Below are positions 11,307 to 22,863 of a DNA stretch of 64,000 nt, piece after piece. The stretch comes from Escherichia coli (GTDB lineage Bacteria; Pseudomonadota; Gammaproteobacteria; Enterobacterales; Enterobacteriaceae), in NCBI RefSeq assembly GCF_024298765.1, contig NZ_CP101210.1. One strand, written 5' to 3'. The position numbers and the translations under genes were made by a program. Positions within the stretch are counted from its first letter, which is position 1. Each line of letters opens with the position of its first letter. The notes below the pieces were generated by a model. It was not told the DNA's origin. It saw only the letters and a list, made by a program, of their open reading frames with translations, and ran no database searches.

Positions 11307-12554
11307 TTATTTTTCTTCTTCACCAGAAAGATTCACTCCGCTCCATTTCAGGAGCATTCCCTGGGAATACAGATAATCCAGCATACCGTGGAGCATCTGA
11401 TCCTCCGTCTGAACCCGGGAGAGTCCGACACTGTACAGTTCGTTTTCAGCATTCAGTAATTCAATCAGTGTTTTTCTTGCCACCTGAAACTGAAGACGAT
11501 AAAAGTCCACAACTCTGGCTGAAGCCTGTTCCTGACGTCTGAGCGTTTCCATTTCCCCTCGACTTTGTCTGACTGTTATCAGAGATAATCGCCCGGTTTC
11601 ATCAATCATTCGGGCGACAGAGTCCAGTCGTCCGGTAGCTGCCACTATTTGCGCAGCTTTTTCTGTAACACCATAACTGGCATTACGGTTAAAGAGGTCC
11701 CAAGACAGATTGACACCTATCTGCTGGTCATCCCGGGTTACAGACCCCGTTAAATCCACCCGAGGGTACCGGGCAAGCTCCTGTGCTTTCAGTGCCGCTT
11801 TTTTACTCTCAACATCAGCTTGGCTGGCAAGCCACGACGGGTTACCTTTCTGTGGAGCCTGTGTAAAATCAGTTAATAATTTGGCCTCTGTCATCCTAGA
11901 AAAAGGATTTTCAAGATCAGCTTCGGTTACCGGATTTTTTGTCCAAGTGGACAGTTTTCCCAGCGTGGTTTTAAGTACTCTGCTCCTAGAATTTATCTGC
12001 TGCCGAACCATCAACCTTCTGGCTTCGGCCTGAACAAGCTCAGACTCCCGCCCGGTATCATGAATACTGATGGTATTCAGGTCATTAAGAATTGCGTTAT
12101 GCCGGGAAAGGCTCTGTTCAAGTACCGCAATGGATTGTTTTTCCCTGAGTGCATCAAGATATAATGAAACAAAAGAGTGAATTGTTTCCTCTTTTGTTTC
12201 TTCCATTTTATAATGATAATATTCGGCTTCTGACTCACTCCGACGCACATCCGCCTCAATAGCCCCTGAAGCAAATATATTCACTTCACCACGAATACCG
12301 GGTAAAATATCTTCAGTGTCATAATCGTAGGAATAACGGTGACTTTGTGAAAGGAGTTTACTTCCTGTAGCTGTGACAACTGGCCAATGTGCAGAGCTTG
12401 CCTGCTCTATGCGGGATTGTGCCGAAGTTAACTCCGCCCGGGCTTCCATTACTATGGGATCGTGCATAACTGCCTCCCTAATTAAGGAGTAAAGAGGCGC
12501 ACTGTTAGTGGAAAATGAAAACAACAATAATAATAACAAATGTTTACGCTTCAT
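11307..12554 (-). CDS. tosC: TolC-family outer membrane channel of the type 1 secretion system
   Basis: 415 aa; signal peptide, two-repeat TolC-like architecture; operon position. Confidence 0.8.
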   Translation of the reverse strand: MKRKHLLLLLLFSFSTNSAPLYSLIREAVMHDPIVMEARAELTSAQSRIEQASSAHWPVVTATGSKLLSQSHRYSYDYDTEDILPGIRGEVNIFASGAIEADVRRSESEAEYYHYKMEETKEETIHSFVSLYLDALREKQSIAVLEQSLSRHNAILNDLNTISIHDTGRESELVQAEARRLMVRQQINSRSRVLKTTLGKLSTWTKNPVTEADLENPFSRMTEAKLLTDFTQAPQKGNPSWLASQADVESKKAALKAQELARYPRVDLTGSVTRDDQQIGVNLSWDLFNRNASYGVTEKAAQIVAATGRLDSVARMIDETGRLSLITVRQSRGEMETLRRQEQASARVVDFYRLQFQVARKTLIELLNAENELYSVGLSRVQTEDQMLHGMLDYLYSQGMLLKWSGVNLSGEEEK

Positions 12555-12606
12555 TTTTATGATTTTTATTTAAAATATTAATAACGTGATTGTCCGTGCT
12601 TTTGCA

Positions 12607-12909
12607 CTAAAAACTATTATTATAATATTCACTTAGCAATGCGCAGACATTATGTATATGAGATATTTTCTTTAAGCTAATAGAAAAATAACTCAGTGAA
12701 ACATCGTTTCTTTCACATACTTCTCGTTTTGTAAAACCATCTACTAAGTGCTCTCTTAATGACATAATGATCTTATCACTTCGAATTCCAGATAATTCTA
12801 TTAGTAACCAGAAGTGTTCATTTGAAATGTTATTTATAGCTGGTTTTACATTAAATCGATAATGAGTTAGCGTATTCCGCTGTATATGATCTGCCATACC
12901 ATTACACAT
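12607..12909 (-). CDS. tosR: PapB/FocB-family fimbrial-type transcriptional regulator (TosR-like)
   Basis: 100 aa; PapB-like motif ERNDVSLSYFSISLKK; first gene of operon, preceded by a long AT-rich region. Confidence 0.75.
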   Translation of the reverse strand: MCNGMADHIQRNTLTHYRFNVKPAINNISNEHFWLLIELSGIRSDKIIMSLREHLVDGFTKREVCERNDVSLSYFSISLKKISHIHNVCALLSEYYNNSF

Positions 12910-13250
12910 TATTCAATGTTTAATTTATTATTGATTCACATTATAAATACATATTTGTTTGCATCAAATTTTTTTTGCCCTCAATCAAAAAACCATTAAA
13001 TGAAATTTAAAACCAATAAAACCAATAATACTAGAGATTACATCTAAAAAATTACTTCTCTGTAGGGTTTTTATCTAAAAAAAGTGAAATCTCAAAACAA
13101 AAAATTATTTATAAAATAAAACAAATGGGCATTTTTTTGGTAAAAATCAATTTTTATATGCAGATAATATCTATATTATAGATATTATTGTTATCCATCA
13201 TGTAGCGACCAAGGCGGTAGTGATTAAAGGGGGGGTGGATATAAAAATTT
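12910..13250 (-). promoter_or_regulatory. AT-rich curved upstream region of the tos operon (probable nucleoid-protein-silenced promoter region)
   Basis: About 340 bp with very low GC and runs of A/T immediately 5' of tosR; no ORF. Confidence 0.4.
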
Positions 13251-13700
13251 ATTGTACGTGGACTGCACCCCAAAACTTGGAGACCCAACTGATTAATGTG
13301 CAATTTTTATGGCAAAGCCAAAATATTCTCTCGAAACCAGATTGGTTGTAGTTAATCATTATCTTTCCAGACACGATGGCGCACGTCGTATCGCTAAACG
13401 TTTTGGTGTTGAAAAAACATCTGCTGGGTAAGGTAAGAGACTGGTAACTCCACGATATTGATCGTATCACATGGAAAAATGACCTCCACACTCCTGAGTT
13501 TCGACTGACGGTTGTCCTGAAGTCTCTGAGTGAAGAACTTACCACGCGCGAGGCCGCTGCACGGTTTAATATCTCAAATGAATCCGTTATCCGGCACTGG
13601 GTGAAGAAGGTCTTCTGAACATAAAACCAGGCCGGAGCAAAGACATGACAAAATCTCAAAAAACACCTCCACTTACTGATGCAGAACTGGAAAAGTGGCT
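13251..13700 (+). pseudogene. IS3-family (IS150-like) element remnant: orfA fragments interrupted by stops
   Basis: TGTAC...-type terminus near 13251; translated MAKPKYSLETRLVVVNHYLSRHDGARRIAKRFGV resembles IS150 InsJ N-terminus; a second orfA-like piece (EFRLTVVLKSLSEELTTREAAARFNIS) in another frame. Confidence 0.55.
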
Positions 13701-13724
13701 CTTCTGCAACCTGGGTGGAGATTC

Positions 13725-14991
13725 TCATGCCAGTGGACTCATTACCCTCTGTTTGAGTAGTTCAAATCCGGCTCGACCATACATCTGGCGTTTCAACATC
13801 TTCAGGCGATTTACATGACCTTCGACAACACCATTACTCCAGCGACTGCTGATTGCCTCACATATAGCCGCAGCATCAGCTTCCATCCCCGCAGCCACGC
13901 ACCGAAGTTCTGCTGAGCCGCTTTCGTGGACTCGAGTGAACAAGCTGCTTAGCTGTGATTTATTTTGGGTTTTCAGAATACGGTAGAACTCGAGTACCAG
14001 TTGCTGCGCTATTTTCAGCTCCGGTTCTTTTTCACACATCAGACTAATAAATCGGGAAGCATAATTTTCTTCACCCCTGATTATTAACCAGTGGCTTACC
14101 CGGGACACTGAAGGAAGTCTGAAGGAAGTCTGACGGCAGTAGTAACCGGTGGGATCCAGCCTTTACGCGATTTGGCAACAGCATCCCTGACGATGGTTTC
14201 ACTGCCTGTACCCCCCTGGCCACCATTTCCCGCCATATCCTGCTGGCGTTATAATTACCACTTTCTCGTTGCTCTTTTAACCACTCCCTCCATGGGTCCA
14301 GAAGCCCTCGCTTTGGAGGCCGGGTTGACATTTCAGGGAATGTTCCTGAACGCCCCCTGCGACTGACTGTCACACGCGACAGGCCTGTAATACGGGATAT
14401 TTCCCTGAAACTACATCCCTTGTTATGCAGGGCCATAACCTCTGTCCAAAGCTGATGCCGTTTTTTGCGGGTTTGCTGTTTAAGGCGTTCCGGACGACGG
14501 AGCGATACTGCAGGCACAGATGGTTTTGCCCGGGTTATTCCTTTGGTGACAACTAACTGGTAACAAGACGTATCAGAGTCATATGTCTGTACATCATTCG
14601 TTCAGGCGCATCGCCAATATTGTTTAGCAGAAGCCATCGTTCAGCTACCTGTCTGGCCTGAGGTGCACCTTCACGTGCTGCTGTCGCATTGATTCCGCAG
14701 CGATCACGCGAGACAACCTGTATTTCCGGATATTTTCTGAACCAGGTCGCCAGCGTATGCTGATCGCGACCGTGCAACAGGACGAGGGGACGGTGAGTAT
14801 CAAGATTGACTATTAACATACCGCAGCAGTGGCCCCGATGCCACGCCACTCATCAATACCGACATGGGGCGAGCCTGACAGTTTCGTCTCCAGGGTATTA
14901 TAAGCCTGCGAAGAAGAGTATCTGCACTGCAACGGAGACCCACTGTCGTTGCTGCCCGTTTTCCAGCCTCACCTCCGGCTATTAATCCCAT
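13725..14991 (-). pseudogene. ISL3-family transposase, fragmented into at least 4 ORFs by frameshifts and stops
   Basis: Fragments 14800-14991, 14553-14849, 14071-14517, 13725-14108 together cover an ISL3 transposase (C-terminal WSNGVVEGHVNRLKMLKRQMYGRAGFELL). Confidence 0.65.
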
Positions 14992-15611
14992 CTGACGCTG
15001 TAAATTTTGTAACGACTGTGAAGACTGCTGGTGTGAACTGGCTAAGGGAGCAAGCGACCCGGCAAAAATTTTACGTGAACAAGCCGGGTTACGGCAGTAC
15101 CAGTGGCGGACGGAAAATACAAGCCATAGCGTCTGGCCTGTGCAGGGTAGATGCTGTATCCGGCGCCGGGGACAACTATGAACAGAATCGCTACGCTTAA
15201 AGCATTCAGGACATTGCGCTGTTTTGCGTTTTCCGCGGAGATGGAGGGTTATACCGTCAGATCTAATAATTTGTCGACTGCATTACCATCCGCAAGGTAA
15301 CTGTAGAAGTGTCTTAAGAGAGTGCATTGCGTTGCCCATAACTGAAAACAGCTTAGATCCTTGTTCACCAGAAAGTTTCATCCATTTTCTTCCACCCAGG
15401 TTGCGGAAGAGCTACTTTTCATCCGTCGTTGACAAATAATGATGAGATAGTCACAGAGCAGCGTTTGGGAAGCGCACAATCACAATATTGTACGGTTGCA
15501 TTATCGCGGTAGAGTATACCTAGACTGGCCCCCTGAATCTCCAGACAACCAGTATCACTTATTTAAGTGATAGTCTTAATACTAGTTTTTAGACTAGTCA
15601 TTGGAGAGCAG

Positions 15612-15977
15612 ATGATTGATGTCTTAGGACCGGAGAAACGCAGACGGCGTACCACACAGGAAAAGATCGCAATTGTTCAGCAGAGCTTTGAACCGGGGAT
15701 GACGGTCTCCCTCGTTGCCCGGCAACATGGTGTAGCAGCCAGCCAGTTATTTCTCTGGCGTAAGCAATACCAGGAAGGAAGTCTTACTGCTGTCGCCGCC
15801 GGAGAACAGGTTGTTCCTGCCTCTGAACTTGCTGCCGCCATGAAGCAGATTAAAGAACTCCAGCGCCTGCTCGGCAAGAAAACGATGGAAAATGAACTCC
15901 TCAAAGAAGCCGTTGAATATGGACGGGCAAAAAAGTGGATAGCGCACGCGCCCTTATTGCCCGGGGATGGGGAGTAA
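15612..15977 (+). CDS. insC: IS2 transposase OrfA (InsC)
   Basis: [53 protein letters not shown]... matches InsC. Confidence 0.9.
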
Positions 15978-16840
15978 GCTTAGTCAGCCGTTGTCTCCGG
16001 GTGTCGCGTGCGCAGTTGCACGTCATTCTCAGACGAACCGATGACTGGATGGATGGCCGCCGCAGTCGTCACACTGATGATACGGATGTGCTTCTCCGTA
16101 TACACCATGTTATCGGAGAGCTGCCCACGTATGGTTATCGTCGGGTATGGGCGCTGCTTCGCAGACAAGCAGAACTTGATGGTATGCCTGCGATCAATGC
16201 CAAACGTGTTTACCGGATCATGCGCCAGAATGCGCTGTTGCTTGAGCGAAAACCTGCTGTACCGCCATCGAAACGGGCACATACAGGCAGAGTGGCCGTG
16301 AAAGAAAGCAATCAGCGATGGTGCTCTGACGGGTTCGAGTTCTGCTGTGATAACGGAGAGAGACTGCGTGTCACGTTCGCGCTGGACTGCTGTGATCGTG
16401 AGGCACTGCACTGGGCGGTCACTACCGGCGGCTTCAACAGTGAAACAGTACAGGACGTCATGCTGGGAGCGGTGGAACGCCGCTTCGGCAACGATCTTCC
16501 GTCGTCTCCAGTGGAGTGGCTGACGGATAATGGTTCATGCTACCGGGCTAATGAAACACGCCAGTTCGCCCGGATGTTGGGACTTGAACCGAAGAACACG
16601 GCGGTGCGGAGTCCGGAGAGTAACGGAATCGCAGAGAGCTTCGTGAAAACGATAAAGCGTGACTACATCAGTATCATGCCCAAACCAGACGGGTTAACGG
16701 CAGCAAAGAACCTTGCAGAGGCGTTCGAGCATTATAACGAATGGCATCCGCATAGTGCGCTGGGTTATCGCTCGCCACGGGAATATCTGCGGCAGCGGGC
16801 TTGTAATGGGTTAAGTGATAACAGATGTCTGGAAATATAG
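15935..16840 (+). CDS. insD: IS2 transposase OrfB (InsD)
   Basis: 301 aa DDE transposase overlapping insC in the -1 frame as in IS2. Confidence 0.9.
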
Positions 16841-17174
16841 GGGCAAATCCACTTCTATAAATAATACTAATTAACCTTTATTATTTTTTAATGGTACATG
16901 AACTGTTTTTAGCTGTAACGATAAACAAATCGCCCAAAACGAAAAATACTGGTTATCATTGCTCAGAAAACTCGTACGAGTGGCAGCTTCCCCCCTGAGC
17001 AATGCTTCATTTTCGGTGGTTCTGTGTGATAGAGTTATGCTGACTACAGTGGCAGTAACACTACTTTCCACCACACGAGGATAAAACCAGTCAAAAAATC
17101 AATTATATGAATTAAAAGTATTTTTTATGAAATGTTATGCATATCAACCAGTATGATTAACAGAAAATTTCATC

Positions 17175-17966
17175 ATGACAACACGTATAACTTTCAATAT
17201 GACCAGTGATGAGACGCTGCGAATTGTGGATGAGTACTGTCATACCCACAAACTTTCGCGCTCTAAGGTAATCGACGCATTACTCAGCGCCACAGCACCT
17301 GTCCTTAACGATATTAACTGTTATTATCAACTTGCAGGCAAACTGCAGTCACGCTTATTAAATGGAGTGTATCAACGGGATCTTCCTCACAAACGCAATG
17401 TCGTCAGTGCAGAGAAGTATTGTCTGGAGATCTGGGAAAACAAACTTTTCACCAAAAGAATCCTGGAGTTTGACAGTTCAAATGGTGTTCTGTACGCGCT
17501 GAAACATAAAAGACACTATCGCCGGGATAAGATGATTGGACGGGTTGAAAGCCGGCGTATCAAAGACATTTGCGAATACCAGATGCAACTGTCCGGGGAG
17601 AAGGCAAAATATGCCTGTTTTATTTATATTGAAAGAACAATATACAATCACGATAATCCATCCGGTGGGACACCTGTAAAAGCGGCTGTTGGTAATGCAG
17701 TCATCCTGCTGGCAAAAGACGTGATATATGACGAGTACTTTTTTGATCTGCGGCAGTCATTTTTCGTGAGCGTTAAAGATCTGATGGCCTCTGGCGCAAA
17801 AGGTATTCCGGAGACACAGAAATATCCGGACGTTTATTGCTGGATCCCGCTTTTCTTCATAAATTCCGGCGTGGTCATTACCCCGGTCTATAAAATTGAT
17901 CCCCGGAAACCCGTAACGGTAAAAAAACCGGATCAGATCACTGTTGTTTGTAATTACAGAGAATAA
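17175..17966 (+). CDS. Hypothetical protein with possible N-terminal ribbon-helix-helix-like segment
   Basis: 263-aa ORF; N-terminus MTTRITFNMTSDETLRIVDEYCHTHKLSRSKVIDALL; lies upstream of alpA in a P4-like remnant. Confidence 0.45.
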   Translation: MTTRITFNMTSDETLRIVDEYCHTHKLSRSKVIDALLSATAPVLNDINCYYQLAGKLQSRLLNGVYQRDLPHKRNVVSAEKYCLEIWENKLFTKRILEFDSSNGVLYALKHKRHYRRDKMIGRVESRRIKDICEYQMQLSGEKAKYACFIYIERTIYNHDNPSGGTPVKAAVGNAVILLAKDVIYDEYFFDLRQSFFVSVKDLMASGAKGIPETQKYPDVYCWIPLFFINSGVVITPVYKIDPRKPVTVKKPDQITVVCNYRE

Positions 17967-18349
17967 TCTCAGTCTTCTCCGCTCACCGCAACAGTGTTTA
18001 CCTCGCTTTATCTTCCGTTCAGTAAATACAAACCTCCGCTCTGGCAGGTACAGGGCGTGGTTTATCTCCGGTACTCCCCTGCACAGTAATAATCATCACT
18101 GAAAATACTGATCCCGTCACGGCAAAACGCCATCCCATATTCCGGCAACACAAAATCATCTTCCGTTTATACCGGCTTCACTGACAAAACAGACAACCTG
18201 TATTGCCTGTACACAACAGTTTCTCTCCTGGCAGGAATATTCCCCTACTGATTTTTTACGTTTCTCCCCGGTTGTTATGCCGGTGAAGGTGGTGCGTTGT
18301 TTTCATCATCAACGCCGGCTGAGATTAACAACATCCGGAGGAGATTTTT

Positions 18350-18556
18350 ATGACCACCCCAGTTTCGCTGATGGATGACCAGATGGTCGATATGACGTTT
18401 ATCACTCAGCTGACCGGCCTGACCGATAAGTGGTTTTACAAGCTCATCAAGGATGGGGCCTTTCCGGCACCCATCAAACTCGGCCGCAGCTCCCGCTGGC
18501 TGAAAAGTGAAGTGGAAGCCTGGCTGCAGGCGCGTATTGCACAGTCCCGTCCGTAA
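18350..18556 (+). CDS. alpA: AlpA-family phage/island transcriptional regulator (excisionase-like)
   Basis: 68 aa; FITQLTGLTDKWFYKLIKDGAFPAPIKLGRSSRWLKSEVEAWL; GGAGG ribosome-binding site. Confidence 0.8.
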   Translation: MTTPVSLMDDQMVDMTFITQLTGLTDKWFYKLIKDGAFPAPIKLGRSSRWLKSEVEAWLQARIAQSRP

Positions 18557-18634
18557 TTTTTAACCACTGGCCCTTCGCCCACAGCAGACGCAATCTCCGG
18601 CCTGCCGGCGGCACTCTGCTGCCTGTTATCCCCC

Positions 18635-19252
18635 GTGAGGAATATGAAAATGAAACCACAGTATCAGACCCGTTACGAGCTGCTCCACGAAAGCTACCAG
18701 AAATGGCTGACCGGCTTCACCCGGCACGCCGTATCCTGGGGCGTGTGTCATCCGAATATCCACTACTTCCAGAATCTGACGCCCGGGTGGGTGTCATTCA
18801 ATGGTGAAAAACCGAAGATTGCCATCGTACCCCGGAGTCTGCACCGGCTGATTTATGGCTCTGACAAACGGGCCACGCCGCCCCTGGATGATGATCTGGT
18901 GGTGAACTTATGCACCAGCGAACATCTGCTGGTTCATCATCCGATGCTGGAAGGGATTCTGCTGTCTGAATGTGAACGTCTGAGGCAGCGTTCTCTGGCA
19001 AATAAACTGATCAGCCTCTTCCGTCAGTTTGGTGGCACGGAGTTGCGCCTCAAACTGGTCTGGCTTTGCTGGCTTGATTTAATGACCGGAAACAGCCTTG
19101 ACGACTGGACGGAGAACCTGAAACGGAAATCAGAAAAAGAGCTGGGGGAATGGATCATCGACCGTCAGAAGCAGAACGCAGCACTGACGGATCTGATGGA
19201 TCAGTACGTGCTCCTGGCATACCGCACAACGGTTGACGGTAACCGTAACTGA
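18635..19252 (+). CDS. Hypothetical P4-like island protein, possibly a 5' remnant of a longer decayed gene
   Basis: 205-aa ORF directly after alpA; followed by about 2.5 kb with no ORF above 90 aa. Confidence 0.4.
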   Translation: MRNMKMKPQYQTRYELLHESYQKWLTGFTRHAVSWGVCHPNIHYFQNLTPGWVSFNGEKPKIAIVPRSLHRLIYGSDKRATPPLDDDLVVNLCTSEHLLVHHPMLEGILLSECERLRQRSLANKLISLFRQFGGTELRLKLVWLCWLDLMTGNSLDDWTENLKRKSEKELGEWIIDRQKQNAALTDLMDQYVLLAYRTTVDGNRN

Positions 19253-21609
19253 TGCCGGTTGTTTCCGGAAGGTGCGGCAAAATACGGAAATGATGATACC
19301 CCCGGCCCTGCATGCTCACCTGCAGAGCGTGTTCGTCGTCATCATACTGAGCCATGACGGATGTCTTAAGGGCATCCTGTCATTGCTGAGCTGGCATGCT
19401 GCGGTACATGCCTCACCCTGGTGACAATAAGTACATGGCGACAGCACTCCCTGCACCGCAAAAGAGATGTACACGGCCGGATGTTATGGCTGAATGTTTC
19501 TTCGTCAGATATTCAGGAACAGTTGTAGTAACGAATTTTACCGATCTCTGTACACGGCCGGACGCCGTCAGTGTATACGGGCGGACGTTCCATGCTGCAT
19601 GACTACATCCGGCCCGGATGTCAATGAGTCCGTCAGGAACGCTTCGCTTCGAAACCCGGCCTGGATACCAGCGCCGGCACGCCGGGAAGAAGTTGATATG
19701 GTGGTTGCCGGACAACAGCGCTCCTGGATTGACTGCTGCATCACTCAACCACGCTGAATATCAAAGGAGAGCGTTACCGATTAAAAGAGAAACGGAAAGC
19801 TGTGGTGATGACCCAAAACAACACGACAATCAGTGAGGATGGAATGGTGAAAATCAGACTGCATCAGTGTAGAAAATATACTGGCTGGCATGAAAATGGC
19901 CCGGCTCGTGGCGTTGACATATTCTCTCCTGAGCATCCTGAATGACTGCAGTTGCTGTGGAAAAGTAAGCAGTCTCCACCCACGGCACCACTTAACAGAC
20001 ATTCAGTAACTCACCCCAGACTTTCTATAACGCTTATCGGTGCACTGAAAACAGGAGAGTGCGCTTAAAACCGCAGACCGCATTGCGGGTGTTACTGCAT
20101 GACAGCCTGGCGGTATTGTGAAATGTCGGCAGGAACCGATGTCTGCGCAGGGGGAACTTCCGTGATCGGGATAAGTGCAGAAGAAATCAGATCACGACGT
20201 AAACCTGCAGTGCCTGACGCTGCAAGTGGCATTAACCATGGGACGTTGCCGATCCCGGATTGCGGAAACAGGAGCACTATTTTCTGCCGCGGGGAGTACA
20301 TCTGGCAGTAAATCCGGCTCGCTCATCTGACCGTCTCTCTCCCGGAAAAGACCAGAAATGAGATCGTCACCTCAACAGCAGGGAAGATGTCTTGACAGAC
20401 TGGTTATATTGCATACGATTTATGAAGAAAAAGACAGCAAATATGGAGGCTATAGCGGAGAACACCCTACGAAATTCCTGTGAAAAACGATTGAAAAAAC
20501 GATCAGATTCGATTCGTTTTTATATGCTTTTTGGGCACGTGGCGATGACGAACTGTTGCATGTGCAGAGGAGAATGCACCCGGAAGCACCAGAATCATCC
20601 AGAAAGGCAGAACGATTACGCATCAAACCAGGAGACAGCAATATCAGGATAACATACTGATTTAAAATGAATTTACAGCAATACGTGAAAACATTTTTTA
20701 CTTAAAGGAGACAGATGCGCTGAAGACAGTGCAGGTATTTTTATATAAAAATGAGAAGGTTACGGGATGTCTATCCAGCACACTATGACCGGAGAATATC
20801 AGTCAGGCTTAAAAAGACAATAAATACAGTGAGTTAAATACACAGAGAAAACGAAAACGTAGTATCAGAGGGTACATCTTACAACAGAGACTGAATTTCC
20901 GGTTTTTCATAACCGGCACATTCCGGAAAGAGCAGGCTAACCGGAGGCTTTCTGACACCAGTCCCTGGCAGTTTAATCTGTACATCATGTACGGATGTTT
21001 TGTTCGCATTTTTAAAATCGGCAAAAATGCGAGAAGAGCAGCTATATTATGGATGAACTGAAAAGTGCCCGGGAGCAACAAAAAAGGCGTGATGAACGTG
21101 CTGATGGTTCCGTTCCGCTGAAACTGTCCGGAAAAATCCACAAACAGCCTGAAAGTATTGCCCGAAGTCGTGGTGCCCCCCAAAAAAACTGTTGAATGAA
21201 ATGATTGAGCTGGCGTACCAGGATTTTGTGGCAAATGAGCAGCACAAGACTCGGAGTTAAAGACTGCAGGGCCCCGGTTACCAATTCTGCAGCATACACA
21301 ACGAATGTATCCGGCTCTTACCTGTGAGGGGCACGAAAATTATACATTGAGCATGAGTGGATAATCCCGGGTGAGAGTCTCCCGTTTTACACTATTCACT
21401 AAAGGTGAGGCATATCATTCAGTCTCTCTGAATTCTTCATTTCAGTAACTTCAGCTACCTTCGTTTCATCTCCCCCACGAACCGGGGCCGCAGCTTGTTG
21501 TATCAATACCAAATTGTTGGTCATTACTGTCCTGTATCACTGGGCTGGCAAGTGAACTGAAATCCGCACCTTAATATTCTGACTGGCTGCGTACATTCAT
21601 GGCATGAAG

Positions 21610-21665
21610 CGGCCGGAACGGCTGAGCTGAAGGTCCGTTGTGAGCGAACAGCGGACATTCACTAC
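21610..21665. repeat. Palindromic repeat element of the GTCCG...GAGCG...CGGAC family
   Basis: ctgagctgaaggtccgttgtgagcgaacagcggac; related to copies at 27.35, 28.41, 29.43, 30.13 and 31.63 kb. Confidence 0.6.
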
Positions 21666-22095
21666 ACATGGTTCAAACATGAACCGGAGCTTTATTGTCT
21701 AGCTGTCAGTGTACTGCGATTTACCCGCTCGGTTGTCCAGAAAATCGGTCTGAAATCCAGTCATTAAAGGGCCTTAGCCTGACATTAAGCAACTTGGTAG
21801 GCGGATAGATAATAGAAATAGGAATGCGCAGGTCTGTCATGTTGCCTAGAACGGTGACAAGCTGTCCGGTGCGAAATCATTCCGGCAGCGACAGGCTCAT
21901 GTGTCAGCCCGACGCCCAGACCGTCAACGAGCATGTGGATCTGCGAGGCGTTATCGTTCGCAGCGATGTTAAAACGAACAATCTGCTCATCTTCTAGAAG
22001 CACAAGTGCTTTAATGACATTAAGGCGGTCTATATGTTGCATTACAGACTTCCTATTGATCTTTACCTGAGGCTGAAGCAACCACGTTAATCCGA

Positions 22096-22863
22096 CTATT
22101 TTTCGATTGCACCATCCACTATCACCATCGATCTTCCCTGAGCACAACGTTCAACTCTCCCGCGTACGCCGTATACCTGCGCAAGGCTCTCTGCATGGAT
22201 CACCGTTTGCGGGTCGCCGCTGTCGATAAGTTTCCCCTCTTTCAGCATGATGACCTGGGCGGCATGCCGCAGTGCGATATTGATATCGTGTAAGACGACC
22301 AGCGTAACCATATTGCGTCTTCGCGTTTCGCGCGATACAACATCCATCACATGGAACTGATAATTGAGATCCAGCGCGCTCAGTGGTTCATCCAGCAATA
22401 ATAATGCGGGGCGGCGAATAAGCGACTGTGCAAGCCCCACCAGCTGCTTCTGACCGCCGGACAGGCTATCGAGGTAGTTCATTGCCAGATGTGCGATGCC
22501 TAGCTCTTCGAGCAGCGCTATAGCCTGCGCCTGATTTTGCCCGGCGCCGGAGGCGCGCTGGGCGACAACCACCGACTCCAGCACCTGTAAATGCACGCCC
22601 TGCGGCAGGGACTGCGGCAGGAACACAACTTTTTCAGCCCGACGAGCAAACGGCAGCGATAAGAGATTCTCTTCATTCAGCCAGGCTTCGCCACTGGCGC
22701 GATTTAGCCCGGCCAGGGCGCGCAGTAGCGTTGATTTACCGCAGCCATTAGGCCCCAGCAGTACAGTGACTTCGCCGCGCGGCAGCGTAGAAATCGACAG
22801 ATGCTCAATAATCCGCCGTTTGCCGTAACCGGCGCACAGCGCATTAATCGTAAGCCCGCTCAT
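22096..22863 (-). CDS. Iron-chelate ABC transporter ATP-binding protein (FecE/FepC-like)
   Basis: 255 aa; Walker A GPNGCGKSTL, signature LSGGQKQ, Walker B LLLLDEPLSALD; start overlaps the permease stop. Confidence 0.85.
   Translation of the reverse strand: MSGLTINALCAGYGKRRIIEHLSISTLPRGEVTVLLGPNGCGKSTLLRALAGLNRASGEAWLNEENLLSLPFARRAEKVVFLPQSLPQGVHLQVLESVVVAQRASGAGQNQAQAIALLEELGIAHLAMNYLDSLSGGQKQLVGLAQSLIRRPALLLLDEPLSALDLNYQFHVMDVVSRETRRRNMVTLVVLHDINIALRHAAQVIMLKEGKLIDSGDPQTVIHAESLAQVYGVRGRVERCAQGRSMVIVDGAIEK

Larger units (their letters stand above)
15521..16851 (+). mobile_element. IS2 insertion sequence, complete (1331 bp)
   Basis: Left end TAGACTGGCCCCCTGAATCTCCAGACAACC and right end ...GGGGCAAATCCA; encodes InsC and InsD; flanking 5 bp differ (ATACC vs CTTCT), so no target-site duplication. 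Confidence 0.9.

Noticed and set aside
8224..12274. Plus-strand ORFs (60-150 aa) overlapping the tosD, tosB and tosC genes
   Set aside because: Antisense to long, well-supported secretion-system genes; no independent coding evidence.
19233..20652. Numerous overlapping 60-110 aa ORFs on both strands
   Set aside because: Mutually overlapping, without ribosome-binding sites or motifs; consistent with random frames in decayed or non-coding DNA.
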